Positions 1-12,801 of a DNA stretch of 64,000 nucleotides are shown here, piece after piece (within the stretch, counting starts at the first letter, position 1; every line of letters starts with the position of its first letter). The stretch lies in assembly GCF_004010195.1 (NCBI RefSeq), contig NC_057711.1, positions 73,165,972-73,229,971 of the forward strand, written 5' to 3'. Origin of the DNA: Chiloscyllium plagiosum (taxonomy: Eukaryota). The position numbers and the translations under genes were made by a program. Under the pieces are notes generated by a model. It was not told the origin of the DNA and searched no databases. It was given only the letters and a program-made list of their open reading frames with translations.

Positions 1-191
1 TTTTGATATAAGTATTGATTAGTTGTTGGGTGACAAAGTTCATGATCAGAACATAAGAATAAAATATTTGCCATATATTGTCACAATAATATGGAATTGT
101 AATATTAGTTTTGTTAAATGCTACTTTTTAGACAAAGTATATTAATCAAAATTGGAACTGAAAATATTAATTTATAATTTATATTTTCCAG

Positions 192-300
192 TTGTACCAT
201 AGGTCATATCCCAATTTTCTCTGACCTCCATCCTTGTATTCCAAGGCGCTATGTAATGCCATGGAAACAGGACATGAAGAACAGTAGGCTCATTTTAAAG
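192..300 (+). CDS. TEX43: TEX43/SPMIP10-like gene, penultimate coding exon (upstream exon lies outside the window)
   Basis: Acceptor ttttccAG at 190-191, donor GTattg at 301. 1 nt + 36 codons translate to CTIGHIPIFSDLHPCIPRRYVMPWKQDMKNSRLILK; IPRRYVMPWK matches human TEX43 as I recall it. Confidence 0.9.
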
Positions 301-697
301 GTATTGTTAATTAATGTCAGCAATTGTTATGACTGAAGACCTACATTTTTCCTATGTTATTTCCTATGTTATTTCCTATAATACTGTAGAATGAATATTT
401 TTAAAGCGCAATCTTAAAATCCCTGCTTCAGGAGGTTCAAATCCAGCTCAATCAGAATTAATATTTTCATATTTATAAGAATCCTTGACTGTGTGGATTA
501 TGTAAACTGAAAGTCCTTTGCTATATTTCAAAAATGTATACTGGCATTTCTTTGATCCTTCTGAGAAAGATTAATACTGTTAGTGCCAATTTGTGCAATG
601 TTAGAGTGTATTGTACCATAAACGGGTAGGCATGGGGGATGCAATTGCCTTGTGGTATTATTGCTGAACTATTAATCCAGAAACTGAGCTAATGTTC

Positions 698-725
698 CTG
701 AAGAAGGGCTTATGCCCGAAACGTC
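698..725 (+). ncRNA. Minimal hammerhead ribozyme motif
   Basis: CTGAAGA-A-GGGC-TTAT-GCCC-GAAA-CGTC: conserved core, 4-bp stem II, palindromic ACGT stem III, GUC triplet. Stem I is weak. Confidence 0.6.
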
Positions 726-823
726 GATTCTCCTGTTCCTTGGATGCTGCCTGACCTGCTGCGCTTTTCCAGCAACACATTTTCAGCTCTGATCTCCAGC
801 ATCTGCAGTCCTCACTTTCTCCC
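698..823 (+). mobile_element. Short Penelope-derived element (family A) with hammerhead core
   Basis: Same sequence as the 3' end of the Penelope fragment at 12700-12800. Flanked by the direct repeat ctaatgttc (689-697, 824-832). Confidence 0.8.
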
Positions 824-1197
824 CTAATGTTCTGGGAACCAAGTTTGAATCCCATCAAGTACGTGGTGGAATTTGAATTCAACAATAAATATCTGGAATA
901 CTGATGACTATTGTCAATTATTGGAAAAAATCTATCTGGTTCACTAATCTTGTTCAGGGAAGGAAAATCTGCCATCCTCGCCTGATCTGGCCTACATGTG
1001 ACTCCAGATCCACACACCTTGACTCTCAATGGTCGAGCAAGCCATTCAGTGGTACCAATCAATACAAAGTATCTTCAAGGGTTAGGCAATAAATGCTGGC
1101 CAGCCAGCAATGCCCACATCCTACAAGTGAGTAAAAACAATACACAGCAGGAAAGAGAGAACTAAACAGGGGCCTAATTGATGAACAAAAGGAAATG

Positions 1198-2625
1198 AAG
1201 AGTCACAGAGTTATACAGCATGGAAACAGACCACTATGTCCAACTCATCCATACCGATCAATTAATCCAATCCCATTTGCCAGCACCAGGCCCATATCCC
1301 TCTAAACCCTTCCTATCCACATACCCATCCAGTTGCTCTTTGAAAATTGCAATTTTACCAGCTTCCACCGCCACCTCTGGCAGCCCATTCCAAACACACA
1401 CCCTCTGTGTGAAAAAGTTGCCCCGCATGTCCATATTAAATCTTTCCCCTCTCACCTTAAATCTATGCCAACTAGTTTTGAACTCCCCCCTGTGAGGAAA
1501 GGATCTTGGCTATTTACCCTAGCCATGTCTCTCATGATTTTATAAACCTCTATAAGGTCACCCCTCAGCCTCTGATACTCCAGGGAAAACATCCCCAGCT
1601 TAGTCAGGTTTTCCCTATAGCTCAAACCCTTCAAAACTGGCAACATCCTTGTAAATCTTTTCTGAACACTTTCAAGTTTCACAGCATTCTTCCTATAGCA
1701 GGGAGACAAAAATTGCAAGGAACTATGAATCTGCACTCCAAGGTCTCTTTTCTCAGCTCAGACCTTACCATTAAGTGTATGAGTCCTTCCCTGATTTGCC
1801 TTTCCAAATGCTGCACCTCATATTTATCTAAATTAAACTCCATCTGCCATCCTCGGCCCATTGGCCCATCTGATCAAGAACCATTATACTGTGAGGTAGC
1901 CTTCTTCACTGTCCATTACACATCCAAATTTGATGTCATCTGCAAATTCACTAACTATACCTACCATGCTTCCATTCAAGTCATTTATATAAATAATTAA
2001 AATCTAGTGGACCCAGCACCAATCTTTGTGGCACACCGCGGGTCCCAGGCTTTCAGTCTGAAAAGCAACACTCCACCACCACCCTTTGTCTCCTAACTTG
2101 CTCCCACTACTTTTGTATCCAAATGGCTGGTTCTCCCTCTATTCCATGTGATCTAACCTTACTAACCAGTCTACCGTGAGGAAACTATCGAATGCCTTAT
2201 TGAAGTCCAGATAGATCATGTTCACTGCTCTGCCCTCATCAATATTTTTCGTTATTTTTTTCAAAAAACTCAATCAAGTTAGTAAGACACAATTTCACAT
2301 TCACAAAGCCATGTTGACTATCCCAAATCAGTCCTTGCTTTTCCAAATACATGTAAATTCTGTCCCTCAGGATTCCCTCCAATAACTTGTCCACCAAGTC
2401 AAGCTCACAGGTATATAGTTCCTTGGCTTTTCCTTACCACCTTTCTGAAATAGTGGAACCATGTTAGCCAACCTCCAGTGTTTTGGCACCTCACCTATGG
2501 CTATTGATGATAAAAAATATCTAAGTAAGAGGCCCAGAAATCACTTCCATAGCTTCCCACACAGATCTAGGGTATACCTGATCAGGTGCTGCAGAATTAT
2601 CCACGTTTATGCATTTTAAGACAGG
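1198..2625 (-). mobile_element. CR1/HER1-type LINE, 3' part with internal deletions
   Basis: Minus-strand ORFs with CR1 C-terminal motifs ([38 protein letters not shown]); (ACTCT/ATG)-type tail at the left end. Confidence 0.9.
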
Positions 2626-4084
2626 TGTCAAAGAAATTAGCATAGGATAAAATGAGGCCCACACAAAAGAATACTGGCTGAAGTTACTCAATATCAAAAG
2701 CTACTTGCATTTGAAAGGCATCTTACAGAAAGCATTATTTGAATAGCAATAAAAGAGGAGGGGCAGTGTAAAAATACAGGATTGAGCCTATGATTAGGAG
2801 TCAGAGTTATAAAAAGAGACTAGAAATTTGGGGCTGGGTGTTACTAGTTCTTTGGTGTTGGATTGGAAGGAGTGAATGCTAAAATGTGGGAAAGTGGTCG
2901 ATGATAAGTGTCATGCCAACGTCCCTGCTAGGACAAATGACGACCATCCAACCAGAGCCCAGTAAAGTGGCCAATTAAGGGCTTCTTTATGACTACACTG
3001 GCATTTTACTTGCCACATGTAATTGATGTTTAAGACTACTTTCAGGCTCAGAACATGCAAACAAAGAACAAGAGTACGTCACTTGACTGTTCGAGCCTAG
3101 AGCACTTTGGATGTACTCAACTATTCAATTGATCTGATTTTAACCTCAACTCTACATATACTGATCACCTTACATCCCCTCAGTAATTAAATATAATCCA
3201 TGTAAGATTCCACGTTGTAGATGCCATGATGATGGGAGGGCCCACTGCCTCACATCGTGTGAACCTTAGTGGCCTCTGTCAGACACAAGCGACAGACTGT
3301 TCACCTTTTGAGAACTCTTTGGCTTGCAGCTGGGCCCAAAGTGGCAACGGTCATCATCATGACAATGGCAACATGGAATCATACACAGGTTACATTTGTT
3401 TACCAAGGGTGTAGAAAGATTATCAGTAGTGTATGCATGAATGGAGAGTTGAGTAAAATCAGATCAACCGCGATCATATTGAATGGTGGAGCAGACCAAA
3501 GGGCCAAGTTGCCTACTCTTGTTCCTTGTTCATATGTTCTGAGTCTGAAAATAGTCTCAAACATCAGTTTGAACCAACTTTGTATAAGGCAGCCTCCCAA
3601 TTGTTCACCTCTGTGTGTGCCATCCAGTTAAGGACGATGGGTAGCCCAAGGAAGATGGAGGCTCTCAGCATGATATAGGGGCTGGAGCCACTGAGAGAAG
3701 TGAACATTACCGGAAAAGACAGATGCAGGAGATACCTCAAAATGCAGGGGTTCACATTCTTCCATGGTAAAAATAACAATAACGTAATGTGAGGCAGTTC
3801 AGGCTGGAGAGTTGACCCACCCAGAAAGCCATTCTTGGTTGTCCATGAACAATACAGACCCTGATGGTGCTAACCTCCTATGGCCTGTCAACCTCCCTGT
3901 GTGAGGCCTCCTCTACAAATGTAGTGATTGGGACCAGGTGGACCTTGTTTACTATGAGGTTCCCTGATTGGCCCAGGTAAACAGCCCCAACCACGTAGTC
4001 AGTGACGGCCACCTCGACCTAATCACTACAGCAACATTGTTGGGCCCCAAAACCAGCAGGTAGGTGCATGTGACAATAGGAAAG

Positions 4085-4665
4085 TAGGGGGGAATGGCTC
4101 TTGATTGGGCCCGATTAGGAGTTGGATGGTCATGCTGTGGCTGGACAGGACCTTGGTTAGCCCACTGTTGGAATATTGAGTACAGTTTTGGTCTCCCTCC
4201 TATTGGAAGGATGTTTTGAAATTTGAAAGGGTTCAATAAAGATCTACAAGGATGTTGCCAGGATTGGAGGGTTTCATCTACAAGGAGAGTCTGAATAGGT
4301 TGGTGTTGTTTTTCCTGAAGCGTTAGAAGTTGAGGGGTGACCTATAGAGATTTATAAAATCATGAGGGACATGGATAGGGTAAATCAACAAGGTCTTTTC
4401 CCTGGTAGTGGGGGGGGAGGGGTGAGTATGGAACTAGAGGGTATAGGTTTAGGGTGAGAGGGACATGCAGAGGGTGGTGCATGTATGGAATGAGCTGCCA
4501 GAAAAAGTGGTGGAGGCTGGTACAGTTACAACATTTAAAAGACATCTGGATTGGTATATGAATTGGGCATGGGCCAAGTGCTGGCAAATGGAATTAGATT
4601 AGGTTAGGATATCTGGTCGGCATGGACAAGTTGGACTGAAGGGTCCGAGTCAATGACACTATAAT
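4085..4665 (+). mobile_element. CR1/HER1 3' end fragment
   Basis: Same CR1 3' sequence on + (tacaaggatgttgccagg...atctggtcggcatggacaagttggac). Confidence 0.85.
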
Positions 4666-5024
4666 TGAACTTGCTCCCTTCCCATTTCAATGGCACAGGC
4701 AATATTGATAATGTCTAGCCTTTTATTTCAGTTTCTTTTCATGGATTGTGCAAATGGCAGCTGAGTTCACCTAAATAACCATACTTCAAATTAACTCATT
4801 ATATGGATGATACTTTGAAATAAAAGCAAAATACTGTGGGTAGTGGAAATCTGAATAAAAACAGGGAGTGCTAGAAAAACTCAATAGGTCTGGTAGCATC
4901 TGTCGGGAAAAAGCATTACTCTGATGCTGAGTCCAGTATGACCCTTCTTCAGAACACTGAAATAGTCATCAGCAAAATGATAAGACGCTCAATAAATACT
5001 AGGCTAGGCTTTCTGTTACTAGCA

Positions 5025-5100
5025 CCTTTTATCTTAGCCTGCTGGACAAACTTTCCCCATTCCTGAAGAAGGGCTTATGCCCGAAACGTCGATTCTCCTG
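5025..5100 (+). mobile_element. Penelope family A fragment with intact hammerhead core (5063-5090)
   Basis: cctgaagaagggcttatgcccgaaacgtcgattctcctg, identical to 697-735. Confidence 0.75.
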
Positions 5101-5189
5101 TTTTATTATTAAATAGAACGAGCTGAGTTACAAATTGGATTATCCCCAGGATTAGTGAGGAAAAAGTAATCATATCAAAATAAATATTT

Positions 5190-5555
5190 GCAGTTATATG
5201 TACCTTCCACAACCACAAGGTATCCCACACTTTACAGTCACTAAAGCAATTTTGGCATTTGTCACTGATGCAATGTAGCAAATGTGGCAAATAATTTGTG
5301 CACAGCAACCTCCTAGAAGCAAATGGCAACCTCCAGATATAATGATTGAGGCATCGATATTGTACAGGACGCTTGCTTTTTTATTAAAAATAGTGCAAAG
5401 GGATCATTTATGTCCACTTGAAAAAGACAGATGGACTCTAAGAGAAACATTTTAACCAATAGATGGTTACTCTGACAGTGAGTACTGCAGCAGAGTACTA
5501 ACCTGCACCCCAAGTGGGAAGTGAGAATGCTACCAAACAAACCACAGCTCAGAAC
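5190..5555 (-). mobile_element. Degenerate DeuSINE (SacSINE1/AmnSINE1-like)
   Basis: Reverse complement resembles the Deu-domain SINE consensus (caagtggacataaatgatccc...cactattttt; ttgctgtgcacaaat...ctacattgcatcagtgac...ctgtaaagtgtgggatacc). Confidence 0.55.
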
Positions 5556-5692
5556 TAATGATTTAAAATACAAGTTGATGCCAATGACAATTTGTTTTGT
5601 AAATTCATAATTGATGAGCATTGATTTAAAAGCGTTTGCAAGTTAATCTTCTTGAATTAATCACCTTATTGATCATGACTTTCCCATTTTAG

Positions 5693-5905
5693 CACCAAAA
5701 ACTGAGTGGAATACCACATGATGAAGGGGAAGAGAGCTTATTCCTGGAGAGACGTGAACGGCTGTGTCATGGAGAGGACAGACTCTGTCTCAGTGATCAA
5801 ATGAACCAATTGACTCCAGGCAATATGCTTCATATTCCTCTGTCTTCCCATCTCTCCAGGTACCGGAGCACTATTATACGACGCTGGGGCAGATCTCGCA
5901 CCTAA
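5693..5905 (+). CDS. TEX43: TEX43/SPMIP10-like gene, last coding exon
   Basis: Acceptor cccattttAG, phase 0, matching the previous exon. Translates to HQKLSGIPHDEGEESLFLERRERLCHGEDRLCLSDQMNQLTPGNMLHIPLSSHLSRYRSTIIRRWGRSRT*. SLFL, ERLCHGEDR and S.LSRY.ST are TEX43 motifs. Confidence 0.9.
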   Translation, partial: HQKLSGIPHDEGEESLFLERRERLCHGEDRLCLSDQMNQLTPGNMLHIPLSSHLSRYRSTIIRRWGRSRT

Positions 5906-6020
5906 ACACTTTCTGATTGAGCCACCTTCCTATATTCTTTGACCAGTATAAAAGAAGTAGTTGATATCTTTGGGGACCTGCTCATCATCAGTTACTAATT
6001 GTTCCGTGCTTGTCAAGAGT

Positions 6021-6047
6021 AATAAACTATATCACTGTCTCAATAAA
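6021..6047 (+). terminator. Polyadenylation signals of the TEX43-like gene
   Basis: AATAAA at 6021-6026 and 6042-6047, ~120-140 nt after the stop codon. Confidence 0.6.
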
Positions 6048-7089
6048 AAATGTAGCATAAGCTCATCTGCACTGTGCCTCTGTGACTCTATGTGTTCATT
6101 TATGTTAACTGTAAAGGGGATTCATCGTAAGTAACTTAAGACCAACTGTTAACAATGATGATCCATATTAATTCATCCGTGAGCTGCCATTGGCATTGAG
6201 TTATAGTGCATGCAAACAGACCCTTTGGTCCAACCAGTCCATGCCGAACATAATCCCAAACTAAAGTAGTCCAAAACTCATATGTGTGTATACTACTTGT
6301 GGAGAAAAGGTCATAGCTTTCTGGGGTCAGGCTGTCACAACAATCACTACTTGTTCTCCAAAAATATATTAAAATGGCACTTTTCCTTCCAACATCCAGG
6401 CCACTGGCCAGAATGATGCCCAGGATTACAAATTTGGATGATGGAGGTTCTTGTAATTTCTATATTGTCTATTCTTGTAAAAAGATGATTAAAGCAGCAT
6501 GTTGGGTCCTGCAGTCGTGTTATTTAAAGGGCCAGACATCTTGATGGCTTGTACATAACATGTTTTAAACTTTTCCAACACAAGATCCCTAAAATGTCTT
6601 GTTGTGTTTTGTTTTGGCATCTGCCAAAGACTATTTTTTTATACTCATGGGAATGACAGGGGAGTAGGTGACTTGCCTACTGAACAGGTTTAGGGATCGC
6701 AGTGTCAGTGTCTCTGAGTCAGAAATTACAAGAAGGTAGAGCGGAAGTGGTGGAGAGAATAAGCCCTGCCATTGAATGTCAGGGTGGGGGAAGGCAGGGG
6801 CACTTTTCCTGATTGGATATTGTCTTTGCCAAGCAGTTGGATGATGAGAATGTTATTTGCTGCTTATCGGCATAAGCTTGAATGTTATGCAGGTCTGGCT
6901 TTGTATGGATACAAACTGCTTCATTTTTGTAGGAGTTGTGAATGGTGCACAGGAGGGATCAAAACACCGAGAGAGAGAAATGGTTAACAACAACTAGTAT
7001 TTACAATAATTGAAGAGGGCATTCAGTGGAATGCATAGCTCCACCACACTGTGATATCAACATTATTACACTGAAATAGAAGACATATA

Positions 7090-7350
7090 TGGATACTGAA
7101 AATCTGAAACAAAAACAGAAAATTGCTGGAGAAACTCAGCATGTTTGGCAGCATCTGTGGAGAGAAAACACATTAAATCGTTTGAGTTCAGCAAATCTTC
7201 TTCAGTGCTCTGAAGAGTTTCCCCAGCAATTTCTGTTTTATGTTTACAATTTGGATACCATCGGACTGTCATAATGTACTTGCTCTGCTTTTTCTTCACA
7301 GGTGCTGCCAGAACTGTTGAGTTTCTCCAGCAACTTCAGTTTTTGTTTCA
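7090..7350. repeat. Old fold-back Penelope-derived/MER6-like short repeats
   Basis: aaacagaaattgctgg...ccagcaatttctgtttt inverted arms. Related relics lie near 4820-4955, 7950-8080 and 57000. Confidence 0.5.
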
Positions 7351-10300
7351 ACATTATTACAACTGCCCACATCTTTGTTAATGTTTTTGCTTTTGTGACT
7401 AAAAAGCTCAAAAAAAGCTTTGTATGAAGAGCGCCCTTTTTTTCAGGAGGCTTCAAGGCAATCCACATTTAATAACCTGCTTTGGAAACTCTGCTTATAG
7501 TTTGATAGCTGTGACAAATTTTATAAGAGTAGTTGAGTTAATCCTCATTATTCCACAAAAAAATCACTTTATCCTATCTCCTAAAGTTAACAGATCAATT
7601 TTATAAAATTAAATTCCAGGATCCAATTCGGTATCTTCACACCAATAAGTAAGTAGTTCTTCCCTAAGCAGTACCCTATTGGTGTACCAGGTTTTGTTGA
7701 AATCCATCTACTAAGTGGTAGATGCAGATACAGTTACAACATTTAAAAGATATTTGGATAGGTACACGATTAGGAAGTATTTAGAATGATATGGGCCAAA
7801 GTGGGAGTAGCTTAGTTTGGGAAACCTGGTTGGCACGGATGAGTTGGACCGAAAGGTCCATTTCCATGCTGTATGACTCTATGACTCTATCTATGATTCT
7901 AGGCTTTGAAATATATTGCCAACAGACAGACCAACAAGCAGGGAAAAAAAAGTACTATCATCACACAATAAAAACAAACCACTGTAAATATTCAGCATAT
8001 CTGATATCGTCCAAGATGAGAGAAACAGAGTTAATGTGTCACATTGATGACCGTTTCACATTTCCAACCATAAATCTTGAGAACTGGTTCTGATGCGATT
8101 GTAATAGAGGAGTCTCTAGTCAGCGGCACAGACAGACGTTTTTGTGGCAGGCAGCAAAACATCAGAATGGCGTGTTGCCTAACTGATGCCAGGGTCAAGA
8201 ATATCTCAGAGAAGTTGCAGAATGTTCTCAAAGGAGAGAGGGATCAGCAGGAGATTGTTGTACACATTGGAACTAACAACATAGGAAGGGACAAGGATGA
8301 GATTCTGAAGCGAGAAAACAGACAGTTAGGCAGGAAGTTAAAAAGGATGTCAAGGGTAGTAATATCTGGATTACTCCCAGTGTAACAAACTAATGGAGGT
8401 CATGGCTGAGGAGCTGGTGCAGGGAGAAAGGTTCACATTTTTGGATCATTGGAATCCCTTTTGGGATAGAAGTGAACTGTACAAGAAGGGCACATTAGAT
8501 CTGAGTTGGAAGGGGACTAATATAGTGACAGGGAGGTTTGCTAGAACTGCTCGGGAGGATTAAAATAGTAAGGTAGGGTGTGGGACCCAGAGAAATAGTG
8601 AGAAAAGAGATCAATCTGACACTGGTACAGTTGAGAACCGGAGTGAGTCGAACAGTCAGGGCAGGCAGGAACAGGGCAGAGAACAAGGTAGGACTGATAA
8701 ATTAAACTGCATTTATTTCAACGCAAGAGACCTAACAGAGAAGGCAAGTGAACTCAGGGCATAGTTAGGAACATGGGATTGGGTATCATGGGATTGGGTA
8801 TCATGGTTCAGGGATGGACAGGACTGGTACGTTAATGTTCCAGGATACAAATGCTACGGGAAGGATAGAAAGGGAGGCAAGACAGGAAGGGGACTGGTGT
8901 TTTTGATAAGGGATAGCATTATGGCTGTACTTAGGGGGAATATTCCTGGAAATACATCCAGGGAGGTTATTTGGGTGGAATTGAGAAATAAGAAAAGGAT
9001 GAGCACCTGATTGAGATTATATTATAGACCCCCAATAGTCAGTGGGAAATTGAGAAATAAATTTGGAAGAAGATCTCAGTTATCTTTAAGAATAATAGGG
9101 TGGCAAGGGATTTTAACTTGCCAAACATAAGCTGTGACTGCCATTGTGTTAAGGGTTTAGATGGAGAGGAATTTGTTAAGTGTTTGCAAGAACATTTTCT
9201 GATTCAATATGTGGATGTACCTAATAGAGAAGGTGCAAAACTTGACCTAATCTTGGGAAATAAGGCAGGGTATGTGACTGAGGTGCGAGTAAGGAAGCAC
9301 TTTGGGGCTAGTGACCATAACCCTGTTAGATTTAAAATAGTGATGGAAAAGGATAGACAGGATCTAAGAGTTAAAGTTCTAAATTGGAGGAAGACCAATT
9401 TTGACGGTATTTGGCAAGAATTTTCAAAAGTTGATTGGGGGCAAGTGTTCGCAAGTAAAAGGATGGCTGGAAAATGGGAAGCCTTCAAAATGAGACAGAA
9501 GTTTCCTGTTAGGGTGAAAGGCAAGGCTGGTAGGTATAGGAAATGCTGGATGGCTAGAGAAATTGAGATTTTGGTTGATAAAAAGAAGGAAGCATATGTT
9601 AGGTACAGACAGAAGAGATCGAGTGAGTCCCATAAAGGCAGTAGGAATATATTTAAGAGGGAAATCAGGAGGACAAAAAGAGGACATGAGATAGCTTTGG
9701 CTAATAGGATTAAGGAGAATCCAAAGGGAAGCTATAAATACATCAAGAGCAAAAGGGTAACTAGGGAGAGAATAGGCCCCACAAGATCTTCAAAGCAGCC
9801 TATGTGTGGAACCGTAGGAAATGAGGGAGAAACTGAATGAGTATTTCACATTAGTGTTTACTTGTGGTGAAGATCATGAAAGATACAGAATGTGAACAAG
9901 CAGATAATGACACCTTGAAAAATGTCCATATTACAGAGGAGGAGGGGCTGGCTGTCTTAAAATGTATAAAAGTAGATCAATCCCGAGGACCTGATCAGGT
10001 GTACCCTACAACTCTGTGGGAAGCTAGGAAAGTGATTGCTGGTCTCCTTGCTAAAATATTTGTATCATCGATAGTCACAGGTGAGGTGCTGGAAGACTGG
10101 AGGTTGGTTAACATGGTGCCACTATTTAAGAAATGTGGTAAGGAAAAGCCAGGGAATTATGGACCAGTGAACCTGACATCAGTAGTAGGTAAATGTTTGG
10201 AGGCAATCCTGAGGGACAGGATTTACATGTATTTGGAAAAGCAAGACGGAGTAGGGATAGTCAACATGGCTTTGTGCGTGGGAAATTATGTCTCATGAAC

Positions 10301-11385
10301 TTGATCAAGGTTTTTGAAGAAGTAAGGAAGAGGTTTGATGAGGGCAGAGTGTGGACATGATGTATATGAACTTCAGTGAGACATTTGACAATGTTCCTCA
10401 TGGTAGACTGGTTAGCAAAGTTTGATCTCATGGAATACGGGGAGAACTATCCATTTGCATACAAAACTGGCTCCAAGGTAGGAGACTGCGGGTGGTGCCG
10501 GAGAGTTACTTTTCAGACTGGAGGCCTGTGACTAGGGTGTGCTACAAGGATTGGTGCTGGGTCCACTTTTTCATCATTTATATAAATGATTTGGATGTGA
10601 GCATAAGAGGTATAGCTAGTAAGTTTGCATATGACACCAAAATTGGGGTGTGGTTGACAGTAAAGAAGGTTACTTCAGAGTATAACGGGATCTTGATCAG
10701 ACAGGCCAATGGGCTGAGGAGTGGTAGATGGAGTTTAATTTAGATAAATGCGAGGTGCTGCATTTTGGAAAGGCAAATCAAGCATGAAATATACACTTAA
10801 CAGTAAGGTCCTGGGGAGTGTTGCTGAACAAAAAGATCTTGGAGTACAGGTTCATAGCTCCTTGGAAGTAGAGTCGCAGGTAGATAGGATAGTGAAGAAG
10901 GTGTTTGGTATGCTTTCCTTTATTGGTCAGAGTATTGAGTATAGGAGTTGGGAGGTCATGTTGCGGCCGTACAGGAAATTAGTTAGGCCACTTGTGGAAT
11001 ATTGTGTGCAATTCTGGTCTCCTTTTATAAGAAGGATGTTGTGAAACTTGAAAAGGGTACAGAAAAGATTTACAAGGATGTTGCCAGGGTTGGAGGATTT
11101 AAACTATCGGGAGAGGCTGAATAGGCTGGGAGCACCGCAGGCTGAGGGGTGACCTTATATAGGTTTATAAAATCATGAGGGGCATGGATAGGGTAAATAG
11201 ACAAAGTATGTTTTCCTATGGCGAGTCCAGAACTAGAGGGCATAGGTTTAGGGTAAGAGGGAAAAATTTAAAAGGCACCTAAGAGGCAACTTTTTTCACG
11301 CAGAGGATGGTGCATGTATAGAATGAGCTGTTCTGTGAAGTGGTGAGGGCTAGTACAATTAGAGCATTTAAAATATATCTGGATG

Positions 11386-11601
11386 AGTCATAGAGTCAAA
11401 GCGATGTACAGCATGGAAACAGACCCTTCAATCCAACCCGTCCATGCTGACCAGATATCCCAACATCCTATCCACGCCCCTCATAATTTTGTAAACCTCT
11501 ATAAGGTTACCCCTCAGCCTCCGACGCTCCAGGGAAAACAGCCCCAGCCTGTTCAGCCTCTCCCTGGCAACATCCTTGTAAATCTTTTCTGAACCCTTTC
11601 A
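11386..11601 (-). mobile_element. Short CR1 3' fragment nested antisense in the CR1 above
   Basis: catagagtc tail followed by the reverse complement of the CR1 3' end. Confidence 0.8.
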
Positions 11602-11666
11602 AGTATATGAATAGGAAGGGTTTAGATTGGGCTAAGTGCTGAAACTGGGACTAAATTAGGTTAGGA

Positions 11667-12801
11667 GGGAGGAACCTTTGCAAGTCTGTGAGAGTGTTGT
11701 CCTGAGCTGGGGTAGAGCTAATTGCAGGGAATGTAGGTAGCGGCGCATGGCTGCAAGCGTGGAGCGGAGGATCCGGAGGGAGGTCTGTTGCTGGAGGCTT
11801 CGGATTTGTTGTAGGTACTGGTTGTCCTGCTTGGGTCCAAATTTTGTTGGTCTGAACGTAGTCCAGAGTCCGTGCAGGGTCAGTCGGTTCCGTAGGCAGG
11901 TGCTGAGGAAGGAGATGTGGCTGTGGTAGTGAGTCTGTTTGAGAACCTGGCTGAAGAGCTTCTGCCTTTGCAAGTCTGTGAGAGTGTTGTCCTGAGCTGG
12001 GGTAGGGCTAATTGCAGAGAATGTAGGTAGCGGCGCATGGCTGCAAGCGTGGAGCGGAGGATCCGGAGGGAGATCTGTTGCTGGAGGCTTCGGATTTGTT
12101 GTAGGTACTGGTTGTCCTGGTTGGGTCCAAATTTTGTTGGTCTGAACGTCTTTTGCAAGTCTGTGAGAGTGTTGTCCTGAGCTACCTTTGCAAGTCTGTG
12201 AGAGTGTTGTCCTGAGCTGACTTTGGGGAGACAGGCCACCTACTTCAGAGAACACCTCTAGGACACCCGGACCAACCAACCCAACCACCCCGTGGCTCAA
12301 GACTTCAATTCCCCCTCCCACTCCTCCAAGGACATGCAGGTCCTTGGACTCCTCCATCGCCAGACCATAGCAACACGACGGCTGGAGGAAGAGCGCCTCA
12401 TCTTCCGCCTCGGAACCCTCCAACCACAAGGGATGAACTCAGATTTCTGTGCCAAGCAAGCTAAGGTAAAAGGTAGGGAGGAGGGACTTGGGGGAGGGGC
12501 GTTGGAAATGCGAACCCTCGAACTCAGCACCACCTTCCTCGCCTGCAATCTTCTTCCTGACCTCTCTGCCCCCACCTCCACTCCGGCCTATCACCTTCAC
12601 CATATCACCCTCACCTTAATCTCCTTCCACCTATCGCATTTCCAACGCCCCTCCCCCAAGTCCCTCCTCCCTACCTTTTACCTTAGCTTGCTTGGCACAC
12701 TTTCCTCATTCCTGAAGAAGGGCTCATGCCCGAAGCGTTGATTCTCCTGCTCCTTGGATGCTGCCTGACCTGCTGCGCTTTTCCAGCAACTCATTTCCAG
12801 C
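11667..12801. mobile_element. Rearranged Penelope-like element (family A) inserted in the CR1 3' UTR
   Basis: 17-bp TSD actaaattaggttagga (11650-11666, 12802-12818). On +, GIY-YIG C-terminus FREHL..PVAQDFNSPSH..RRLEEERLIFRLGTLQPQGMN. On -, a tandemly repeated N-terminal ORF segment. Degenerate hammerhead at 12712-12739. Confidence 0.85.

Larger units (their letters stand above)
640..1135 (+). mobile_element. Old tRNA-derived SINE with CR1-like 3' tail, interrupted by a Penelope-derived insertion
   Basis: Degenerate A/B-box-like head (gtggtatt...gtttgaatccc) and tail ggcaataaatgctggccagccagcaatgcccacatcc, which also ends the LINE at ~42940-42980. Confidence 0.55.

Noticed and set aside
11675..12220. 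Recurrent ~33-bp direct repeat resembling a CRISPR array
   Set aside because: Vertebrate context, irregular spacing, and the intervening sequences are themselves duplicates of Penelope ORF.
11656..12429. 257-aa ORF as a novel repetitive host protein
   Set aside because: It is a read-through of rearranged Penelope fragments bounded by a TSD.
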